A DNA stretch of 64,000 nucleotides from an uncultured Candidatus Saccharibacteria bacterium (GTDB taxonomy: Bacteria > Patescibacteriota > Minisyncoccia > Phycocordibacterales > UBA5272): positions 545 to 64,544 of the forward strand of contig CAZJJX010000006.1 in the NCBI GenBank assembly GCA_964546555.1, written 5' to 3'. The notes beneath the pieces are model-generated. The model ran no database searches and was not told the DNA's origin. It saw only the letters and a program-made list of their open reading frames with translations. The first letter of the stretch is position 1; every line of letters begins with the position of its first letter. A program made the translations under genes and the position numbers. This document shows, piece by piece, positions 44,567 to 51,509 of this stretch.

Positions 44567-45016
44567 ATGACAACACCTAACACAACACGCGCAATACTAC
44601 GCATTACAGCAGGAGGGAAGAACACCTCACGTATCAACTACGCTCGTCGCATGTATGCTATCATCAGACGCTACACACCAGAGGCTGCAGTTGGTATGCA
44701 TAATGAATGTTATGCAGAGCTAACCGGTCTTCGCACTTTCTTCAAGATGACATATGCAGAACTCGCAGAGAGTATCGTAAGAGATCTCAAGAAAGAAATT
44801 GGCATCTCTTTTACGATAAATGTTGCAAAAGCAATCGAGTTCGATGCTGTGCGTACGGCTTCTAAAAAGTCAAAGCAAATCTCTACGTACAAAGAAATCA
44901 ATACTCTTTTCAGAGGAGCTTCATTTGTACCTAGAGAAGATAGAACAAGTATCCGTCGTACGCTCCGTGCACGTCGTATTAGATTAAGTGTCCCTTATCT
45001 TGGTAAGGTGGCATAA
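44567..45016 (+). CDS. collapsed Y-family DNA polymerase-like ORF (probable remnant, catalytically incomplete)
   Basis: IRRYTPEAAVGMHNECYAELTG aligns with the Y-family ..RYT..VE..SIDEAYLDLTG motif (D to N). GISFTINVAKA corresponds to v.S.GiA.nk.LAK, and it ends at VPYLGKVA (the IPGVGKV HhH). The N-terminal DxD motif and the little finger are absent. Confidence 0.5.
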   Translation: MTTPNTTRAILRITAGGKNTSRINYARRMYAIIRRYTPEAAVGMHNECYAELTGLRTFFKMTYAELAESIVRDLKKEIGISFTINVAKAIEFDAVRTASKKSKQISTYKEINTLFRGASFVPREDRTSIRRTLRARRIRLSVPYLGKVA

Positions 45017-45207
45017 TAATTCTTACAACTTTTATGAGAACAATTTTAGCTATTACAACATTTGTTTCTTTCTGGATGGTTATCATCTAAAGCTTATCTA
45101 AAATCGCCTTATTCATTGGTTAACTTTTCTATCTACCTAGCTTAAGGGGATTCTACATGAGCTTTACCACATCCATTTAGTGCTATACTGTATACAAATA
45201 TATATAT

Positions 45208-45603
45208 ATGAACACAGTCTCTTGGTACGCACAACTCATTAAGCCAACGTGGGCACCACCATCGTGGCTTTTTGGGCCAGTGTGGACAGTGCTCTACATA
45301 CTGATTGCAATCTCATTTGGAAAGGTATTTATGCTTGCGTATCAAAAGGAAATTCCTTTTATCGTTGTATTGCCTTTTATTCTTAATTTGTTTTTTAATT
45401 TTATTTTTTCTCCAATACAATTTAATCTAAAAAGTAACATCTTTGCTGCTATTGATATTATTCTCGTGCTCACTACTCTAATCTGGGCAATGGTTGCAAT
45501 CTATCCATATGAAAAGTGGGTGACCTATATGCAGATACCGTATATACTCTGGGTATCTTTTGCAACCGTACTGCAACTTACCGTTACGTATCTTAATAGA
45601 TAG
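45208..45603 (+). CDS. tspO: TspO/MBR family tryptophan-rich membrane protein (short form)
   Basis: WYAQLIKPTWAPPSWLFGPVWTVLYILIA and further TM helices. Confidence 0.85.
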   Translation: MNTVSWYAQLIKPTWAPPSWLFGPVWTVLYILIAISFGKVFMLAYQKEIPFIVVLPFILNLFFNFIFSPIQFNLKSNIFAAIDIILVLTTLIWAMVAIYPYEKWVTYMQIPYILWVSFATVLQLTVTYLNR

Positions 45604-45716
45604 TACCTTTGTGTTTCTTGGTCGCGTTGAAAATTAGAATTTATTGCTCTTGTCTTATTCAAAACTTTTTATCGACAATGGAAGAATGTGTTACTTTGTG
45701 CTAGAATCATACAATT

Positions 45717-46853
45717 ATGTCACTATCTATCGGAATTGTTGGGTTGCCTAATGTCGGGAAATCGACACTTTTTAATGCACTTACAAAAAAAAGTGTGCCA
45801 GCTGAGAACTATCCATTTTGTACCATTGATCCGTCAGTGGGAATTGTGGCAGTGCCTGATGAGCGCCTTGAGGCGCTCTCAAAGATGAGTGGATCTAAGA
45901 AGATATTGCCTGCTGCGGTTGAGTTCGTTGATATCGCAGGACTCGTAAAAGGGGCAGCGTCTGGCGAAGGACTTGGAAATGCATTCCTCTCTCATATTCG
46001 TGAGACTGATGCAATTGCAGAAGTGGTGCGTATCTATGAGAATACTGACCTCATCCATGTAGAAGGAACCGTTGACCCACTTCGTGATATTGAGATCATC
46101 AATATGGAGCTCATTTTAGCTGACATGCAGACTGTTGAGAAGCGTCTAGGTACTATCGAGCGAGATGTGAAGCGTGGTGATAAAGACGCGATCAAACTAA
46201 AGGAAATCATGGGGAAGATAAAAGTAACCCTTGAAGATGAGAAGCTTGCTAATACTATAGCGCTTACCGATGATGAACAGCGTGTGGTACGTGAACTACA
46301 CTTGATAACTATGAAGCCATTTCTGTATGTGCTTAACAAACAGCACGGCGGGAAGAACCTTGATGAGTTACAGGATGGGCGGTTCGAGAAGTTGCTTGCG
46401 TATTTCAAGAATAATAATTATCACTATGTGGTAGTCGATGCAAAGATAGAGGATGAGTTAAAAGATTTTGAGGGTGCCGAGAAAGAAGATATGCGAAGCA
46501 TGCTTCTTTCGAGTACGTCCAGCGATGAACCTTTGGGTGATGTTGGAGTTGTGGGAGATGGAATCAATAATCTTATCAAGGCAGGGTATGATTTGCTTTC
46601 ACTTGAAAGTTACCTCACTACTGGAGAAATGGAGACTCGTGCGTGGACTATTAAGCGTGGGTCTACTGCGCCACGTGCGGCTGCAGCTATCCATACGGAT
46701 TTTGAACAGAAGTTCATTAGAGCGGAAGTGGTGGCGTACAAAGAGCTCATAGCGTGTGGAAGCTTCGCAGAAGCAAAAGCAAAAGGTAAGGTGCGCACAG
46801 AGGGGAAAGAGTACATTGTACAGGACGGGGATGTGATTGAGTTTAAGATTTAA
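45717..46853 (+). CDS. ychF: redox-regulated ATPase YchF (Obg-like)
   Basis: IGIVGLPNVGKSTLFNALT, FVDIAGLVKGAS.GEGLGN.FL, and a TGS-like C-terminus AWTI..G..AP.AA..IH.DF...FIRAEV. Confidence 0.95.
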   Translation: MSLSIGIVGLPNVGKSTLFNALTKKSVPAENYPFCTIDPSVGIVAVPDERLEALSKMSGSKKILPAAVEFVDIAGLVKGAASGEGLGNAFLSHIRETDAIAEVVRIYENTDLIHVEGTVDPLRDIEIINMELILADMQTVEKRLGTIERDVKRGDKDAIKLKEIMGKIKVTLEDEKLANTIALTDDEQRVVRELHLITMKPFLYVLNKQHGGKNLDELQDGRFEKLLAYFKNNNYHYVVVDAKIEDELKDFEGAEKEDMRSMLLSSTSSDEPLGDVGVVGDGINNLIKAGYDLLSLESYLTTGEMETRAWTIKRGSTAPRAAAAIHTDFEQKFIRAEVVAYKELIACGSFAEAKAKGKVRTEGKEYIVQDGDVIEFKI

Positions 46854-46895
46854 AAAGTGGCCATTTGGCCACTTTTTAAATCTTAAACTCAATCA
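46834..46895. terminator. 29-bp perfect inverted repeat overlapping the ychF 3' end
   Basis: Left arm 46834-46862 (the last 17 coding nt, the stop, and 9 nt), loop ATTT, right arm 46867-46895. Verified base by base. Confidence 0.7.
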
Positions 46896-46949
46896 TCCGG
46901 TGACGTTGCCGGGTTCCGTGGAATGAGTCGGACACCGGTGTGTGGTGAC

Positions 46950-46990
46950 TACAAAATAGTAAAGCGCTTCTAGAATTTCTAGAAGCGCCT
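46950..46990 (-). terminator. terminator of the 47018-47194 ORF
   Basis: GCGCTTCTAGA-ATT-TCTAGAAGCGC, followed on the minus strand by TTTACTATTTT. Confidence 0.7.
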
Positions 46991-47017
46991 TATAAAGATA
47001 GCGTACTTGTTATTATC

Positions 47018-47194
47018 TTAGTGTGGAGTATACAAGATGATAAACATCATGAACCCAAAGAACGGTGATATGAGTGCGTAGATAAGTTTCTCCCACCATA
47101 CAGCTGACTTATCTGTGATAAGCTCTTTGATGGGTCGATAGACACCGTAACCACAAACTACAATTGCCAAAAGGATTGTCAGTTCACGAAGCAT
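47018..47194 (-). CDS. 58-aa two-helix membrane protein (not in ORF track)
   Basis: MLRELTILLAIVVCGYGVYRPIKELITDKSAVWWEKLIYALISPFFGFMMFIILYTPH. A TAAGGAGA SD sits 5 nt upstream (AAACA spacer), and it has its own terminator. Confidence 0.55.
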   Translation of the reverse strand: MLRELTILLAIVVCGYGVYRPIKELITDKSAVWWEKLIYALISPFFGFMMFIILYTPH

Positions 47195-47258
47195 GTTTTC
47201 TCCTTATTTTTCAATGTTTTTACTCGACTTCCAGTGATAATTCTACATGTATATTATT

Positions 47259-47306
47259 ATTTGTCAAATAAACCTATTGACAAATAGATAGTACTTGTGC
47301 TATAAT
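47259..47306 (+). promoter_or_regulatory. near-consensus promoter whose -35 is half of a 9-bp inverted repeat
   Basis: ATTTGTCAA (47259-47267), 9 nt, TTGACAAAT (47277-47285). TTGACA, 18-nt spacer, TATAAT (47301-47306). Confidence 0.5.
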
Positions 47307-47311
47307 GAAAT

Positions 47312-47412
47312 TCCAACATATCGCAGTTGCCAATGATTGTTGGTTAGGGCGTGTGAGTTTTGGAACAAAGCACCGTGTGGTGCCTCCCGAGATTCATACG
47401 TCCCTTTTTTTT
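47312..47412 (+). other. structured leader or small RNA upstream of the ECF sigma gene
   Basis: Hairpins CCAACA...TGTTGG and GCACC-GTGT-GGTGC. GGGCGT...ACGTCCC encloses them and is followed by T8. Confidence 0.3.
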
Positions 47413-47484
47413 TGCATTATCATAACAAGATGTCTGTAGTGAAATATTTTTGATACTGTGTTGTACTATAGTATGTAGCCTGTC

Positions 47485-48069
47485 ATGCAAACCCTTGTCT
47501 CAGAATCTAACCAAGATGCAACCGATGAATCGATTGCGCTTTTGGTTATAGAGGGTGACAAGGAATTGTTCGGGGTACTTATTGATCGCTATGAACAAAA
47601 AATAGCACGCTATATACGAAAGTTCACCCAAGAGAAGGAGGATATCTCTGATATTGTACAAACTGTTTTTATAAAAGCATATACAAACCTTGCAAGCTTT
47701 GATACGACTCGATCATTTAACAGTTGGATCTATAGAATTGCACACAATGAGAGTGTAAATCATCTTAAGAAAAAAACCGGAGAAAAAATTGCATTTATTG
47801 ATTTTGACACATTTTTTCCGCATCCATTCTCTCCTTTTTCACCAGAAATAGATTTCCTCTCCAAGGAATCCAAAGAACAGTTAGAAAAATCGTTAACTCA
47901 TATATCTCCAAAATACCGTGAAGTTCTCGTCTTATATTATTACGAAGAGCTTTCCTATCAGGAGATAGCAGATGTATTAAGAATCCCCGTTGCAACAGTT
48001 GGTGTACGCCTAAAGCGTGCAAAAACTGCACTAGAAAAATCTCTCCTAGATAATCATTACCAATCATGA
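47485..48069 (+). CDS. ECF-type RNA polymerase sigma factor
   Basis: Region 2 (DIVQTVFIKAY....FD......SWIYRIAHN) and region 4 (YREVLVLYYYEELSYQEIADVLRIPVATVGVRLKRAK). Confidence 0.9.
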   Translation: MQTLVSESNQDATDESIALLVIEGDKELFGVLIDRYEQKIARYIRKFTQEKEDISDIVQTVFIKAYTNLASFDTTRSFNSWIYRIAHNESVNHLKKKTGEKIAFIDFDTFFPHPFSPFSPEIDFLSKESKEQLEKSLTHISPKYREVLVLYYYEELSYQEIADVLRIPVATVGVRLKRAKTALEKSLLDNHYQS

Positions 48070-48800
48070 ACTCACTAAAAGAAAAAATTTTACATACTGT
48101 TAAGCACGAAAAAATTTCGATGATACCTCGCTGGAAGTTTTTGCTGTATTCAGGTACCGTACTTTTTTCACTTGTATTTCTTATTCTTTCGCTCATTTTT
48201 GTGATGAGTCTAGCGATGTTTCTTTTGTCTTCATATGGTTATTTGGAAATGCCACTTGAGGATTTCGGGGAAATGATTCGTACACTTACGGCAGTACCTG
48301 TTTTTCTTTTCTTGACAATGATCGTCCTGGTTGTTCTTATTGAATTTGTTGCAAAGCAGTACACTACTGCTTTTAGACGCCCAGTACTTGTTATGCTTCT
48401 TATTATTACACTTAGTTCGTTGTGTATTGGGTATGCTGTTAGTAAGACACCGATGCATGAGTATATGCATACATATATGAAAAAGCATCGCTTTGAACGT
48501 GCGTCTTCTATGTATGATAGACCTCGACCACGAACATCTCCAGATGGGCTAGATATTATGCGTGGTGAGATTACCTCAGTTGTAGACACAGGGGCAACCA
48601 TAAAACTGTTTAATGGTGAAGAGATTGTTGTAGATTTTGAGGAGCTCTCTACAAGTAGTGTAAGTAAGCGATTACCAGTTGCCGGTGATGATGTTGTCAT
48701 GCTTGGCACTTCAACACAAGGTAGATTTGTCGTAAAGAAAATCAAAGTTCTTCCAGCTAAAGATGGCACAGGAAGACCCTCTCGTTCATTTGTGAAATAA
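48066..48800 (+). CDS. membrane protein, putative anti-sigma factor (by position)
   Basis: ATGA overlap with the sigma gene and about 4 TM helices. There is no zinc-binding anti-sigma motif, so the call is positional only. Confidence 0.5.
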   Translation: MNSLKEKILHTVKHEKISMIPRWKFLLYSGTVLFSLVFLILSLIFVMSLAMFLLSSYGYLEMPLEDFGEMIRTLTAVPVFLFLTMIVLVVLIEFVAKQYTTAFRRPVLVMLLIITLSSLCIGYAVSKTPMHEYMHTYMKKHRFERASSMYDRPRPRTSPDGLDIMRGEITSVVDTGATIKLFNGEEIVVDFEELSTSSVSKRLPVAGDDVVMLGTSTQGRFVVKKIKVLPAKDGTGRPSRSFVK

Positions 48801-48932
48801 ATTTACGGAAGGAGAAGTAGTATAGAGTGGAGGGGTTAGATTCTGGGATACGCGTTATCAGAAAATAACCTCTTCTGTAGATATACTGACACACTACATT
48901 TCTATTGATTATTGACTTACAATTCGTACACT

Positions 48933-49373
48933 ATGAAAACAAATTTTAGAAACAAAACAATCTTAACGGTACTCTCGTTTGTTGCGTTCGGTGCAGTATC
49001 AGCTTCTGCTATGGGTTATGGACAAATAGGTATGGGAGCACTTAATGCTGACGAAGCAGCTACACGTCACGCAACAATGTTCGAAGCGCAGGCAAAAATT
49101 CTAGGCATCCCTTCATCTGAAATCAAAGATGCTTGGGCAAATGGTAAAGATCTGAAAACACTTGCACAGGAAAAAGGAATAAGTGAAGCAACGTTACAAG
49201 AGAAAATGAAAGCAATGAGAATCGAACAGATGAAGACACAGCTCGCAGCACTCGTTAGTAAAGGGGTAATCACACAAGCTCAAGCAGATAAGCGACTCGT
49301 GACTATGGCAAATATAGAATCAAAAGGCAAGAGTGGTGGGAAAGGGCGACACGGAAAGGGATTTGGCATCTAA
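48933..49373 (+). CDS. secreted helical protein, DUF2680/YckD-like (tentative)
   Basis: Signal peptide (ILTVLSFVAFGAVSASA), helical repeats with VSKGVITQAQADK, and a basic G/K tail. Confidence 0.45.
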   Translation: MKTNFRNKTILTVLSFVAFGAVSASAMGYGQIGMGALNADEAATRHATMFEAQAKILGIPSSEIKDAWANGKDLKTLAQEKGISEATLQEKMKAMRIEQMKTQLAALVSKGVITQAQADKRLVTMANIESKGKSGGKGRHGKGFGI

Positions 49374-49385
49374 TTCATGTATTAT

Positions 49386-49413
49386 AAAAGCACCTCAACA
49401 GAGGTGCTTTTTT
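49386..49413 (+). terminator. rho-independent terminator
   Basis: AAAAGCACCTC-AACA-GAGGTGCTTTTTT. Confidence 0.85.
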
Positions 49414-49474
49414 GCAGGTGGATTGTCTACACGATTCTTTCTTATAATCCAAAAAAACTTGCTATACTGTATTT

Positions 49475-50425
49475 ATGATGAAAGTTTCTAGTAGTCTACC
49501 AGATCTTGTTGTTTTGCGAGGTGGTGCTGATAATTTTAAGCGTTCACTGCAGGATGGGGCAGATGTTTTGGCTTCTCTTACAAAGATAGGCTATGAGCCA
49601 GTTGATGTTCTTATTGATAAAGAAGGGCAGTGGACGGTGCATGGATTTCCAACAGATCCACATAAGGTCTATACGCGTGCACACACCGTCGTCGACACAA
49701 CGCGTATGACGGGGCAGCCGTATCAAGCGATTGCAAAAAGGATGAACATACCACTTATTTTTTCTAAAGATGAAGTTATGACTCTTGATAGAGAAGATCT
49801 TTACAGACTCCTTAGACAACAACAAATACAGTGTCCAGATACACTTGTTGTGCGCGCTAATCAACCACTTAAAGACAGTCTCTTTAGAGAGGTCTGGACT
49901 AAGTTCCATACACCGATCCTCGTAAGACCGCTTCATCCGCACAGGTCTGTTTCTTCAAAAATTATTAAGATATTTCATGACCTTGAGGCAACCGTTCGCA
50001 AGTATCACGAAGAAGGGGTTGATATCCATATACTTACGTATAAGAAAGCTCATACGACATCAATGGCTATACTTCCCCAATTCCGTAAACAAAAAATATA
50101 TGTACCAATGTGGGTGGATACATTCCCAGAAGAAGGTTCGCTTCCAGGTAAAGACTCTCGTATGCAGCCACATCTGCAAGCGCCGGAATTTAGACGTGAG
50201 AATATGCATGCTATTGCAAAAAAAGTGTACCAAGCACTTGGGCTAACAACACCTGCATGTATTGATCTTGTGCATCATAATAATAATTATATTGTTGTTA
50301 ATGTTGACCTGCATCCATCCCTTAGTAGAGATGGGAGATTTATGCAGTCACTTAAGACAACAGGGGTTGATGCTGGGCACTATGTGCATGAGTGCATCAA
50401 GAGGTCATATGACGTCACAGGATAG
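49475..50425 (+). CDS. divergent D-alanine--D-alanine ligase-like ATP-grasp protein
   Basis: The overall architecture follows Ddl (VVLRGG....SL.DG..V...L...GY.PV.VLIDKEGQW; PILVRP; CIDLV...YIVVNVD). GSSVG is HRSVSS, and E.N..PG is NVDLHPS. Confidence 0.5.
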   Translation: MMKVSSSLPDLVVLRGGADNFKRSLQDGADVLASLTKIGYEPVDVLIDKEGQWTVHGFPTDPHKVYTRAHTVVDTTRMTGQPYQAIAKRMNIPLIFSKDEVMTLDREDLYRLLRQQQIQCPDTLVVRANQPLKDSLFREVWTKFHTPILVRPLHPHRSVSSKIIKIFHDLEATVRKYHEEGVDIHILTYKKAHTTSMAILPQFRKQKIYVPMWVDTFPEEGSLPGKDSRMQPHLQAPEFRRENMHAIAKKVYQALGLTTPACIDLVHHNNNYIVVNVDLHPSLSRDGRFMQSLKTTGVDAGHYVHECIKRSYDVTG

Positions 50426-50534
50426 TAAGCTTATTAGTGTTATTTTAGGGTTGCCACTTATTATTGCTTTGATTATGTATCTATTGCGTTACTATCTCTA
50501 ATTTCTTATGTGCATCAAGGTACGTATTTAGTTA

Positions 50535-50569
50535 AAAATAAAATTAAAAATACCTCGCATAGCGAGGTA
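50535..50569 (-). terminator. terminator of the small-ORF pair
   Basis: TACCTCGC-ATA-GCGAGGTA, followed on the minus strand by TTTTTAATTTTATTTTT. Confidence 0.7.
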
Positions 50570-50614
50570 TAGTCAATGTAACTTAATTTACAAGATGTTG
50601 TTAAAAAAACCTTT

Positions 50615-50761
50615 TTAAAGTGCTCCATGTATCTCCGGAATATGTTGACACATAGGAGAGAGTTGAGCGATGAAGTCGTTGGTTTTATTAGATGAATCAA
50701 GTCTAGGTGGTTTTCTTTCTGGATCATTTTCATATACAGGTACAATAGTTTTTGGTATCAC
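50615..50761 (-). CDS. 48-aa small protein, paralog 1 (not in ORF track; different frame from track ORF 50515-50745)
   Basis: AAGGAG, 3 nt, GTG. The product is VIPKTIVPVYENDPERKPPRLDSSNKTNDFIAQLSPMCQHIPEIHGAL, and the stop lies before the terminator. It is homologous to 50825-50988, with synonymous third-position differences. Confidence 0.45.
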   Translation of the reverse strand: MIPKTIVPVYENDPERKPPRLDSSNKTNDFIAQLSPMCQHIPEIHGAL

Positions 50762-50824
50762 AGACTCCTTTCTGGTTAATTCAAGCAAGATTTTAGAAAA
50801 TCAATCTTTTATTTCGTATTTTTT

Positions 50825-50988
50825 TTAATTGAAACCAAAAACAGAAGAAGATAGTGCTTGAGTGATTTCAGGTACTGGAGTGTATCCACAAATTAGATAG
50901 AAAGAATCAAAGATCTTTTTTTGAAAGTAAGATCAATTTCCTTGTTTTCTGGATCATTTTTTGGCAAAATGACTAGATTTTTTACCAT
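50825..50988 (-). pseudogene. small protein paralog 2, interrupted by a -1 frame change at an A7 run
   Basis: ATG 50988 gives MVKNLVILPKNDPENKEIDLTFKK, then the A7 run (plus-strand T7 at 50916-50922). The frame stops at 50893, while the -1 frame continues IFDSFYLICGYTPVPEITQALSSSVFGFN to 50825. Confidence 0.4.
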
Positions 50989-51105
50989 AATTAAGTCCTT
51001 TCAGTCGATTAAGGTGCATTCATTTTTTATCTTAGCACATCTGTTAATCTATGTCGAAATTGTTGGCTTCAGCCTTAGGTGTTACCAGATTATTCTTACA
51101 CTTAA

Positions 51106-51141
51106 AAAGTAAAAACCGCCCCTCTGGTAAGTATGGCGGTT
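51106..51141 (-). terminator. terminator hairpin upstream of the small-ORF pair
   Basis: AACCGCC-14 nt-GGCGGTT, followed on the minus strand by TTTTTACTTTTT. Confidence 0.6.
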
Positions 51142-51509
51142 ATTACTGTGTCTTATTACTAAAAGTTCTAAGAGACGTCTTTGTTTGATGCGTACAGTTG
51201 CTCCTTAAGCGTTGTCTAAATACTTAAACAAAACTTAGATGCTCCCGCCTTTGTTGGTATATATACTTATTAAGAGTATCTATACAAACAGTTGTTCGAA
51301 GCCGCATCTTGCTTTTGTATTAGCGATAGAGTTAGGTTATGTGATTGCTCATATAACGCTTCTATTAAAATTGCTAATAACGAAACAACTGCCTACATAT
51401 AAGTGTAGCACCAACTGTGATATACTCAAGTGGTACAAGGGTAAGTTATTCACATGTTGTCTGTTTTGTGATTACTCTCACTAACCCCTGATTATGAAGC
51501 TATGAAGCT

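Noticed and set aside
46896-46957. GC-rich CCGGTG...CACCGG hairpin region after ychF as a guanidine-II-like (mini-ykkC) riboswitch
   Set aside because: An ACGT-containing loop is present, but there is no pair of ACGR-capped hairpins and no downstream regulated gene, because it lies between two convergent terminators. I kept it only as a weak relative of the 43556-43730 GC-rich words.
48239-48769. Long antisense ORFs in the track (48239-48769, 43927-44310, 17355-17684, 46599-46892, 63477-63959, 39659-40030, 46034-46408 and others)
   Set aside because: Each lies fully inside a confidently assigned gene on the other strand, has low-complexity or Ser/Thr/Arg-rich composition typical of shadow frames, and lacks its own start or terminator signals.
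50515-50745. Track ORF of 76 aa on the minus strand
   Set aside because: It reads through the terminator hairpin at 50551-50569. The alternative frame (50615-50761) has an SD, stops before the terminator, and is the frame conserved with the neighbouring paralog.
51141-51225. AAGGAG followed by a 9-codon CTG-initiated mini-ORF just upstream of the 51106-51141 terminator as a third copy of the small-protein family
   Set aside because: It has no sequence similarity to the two paralogs and no canonical start codon. It may be a leader or sRNA, but the evidence is too thin.
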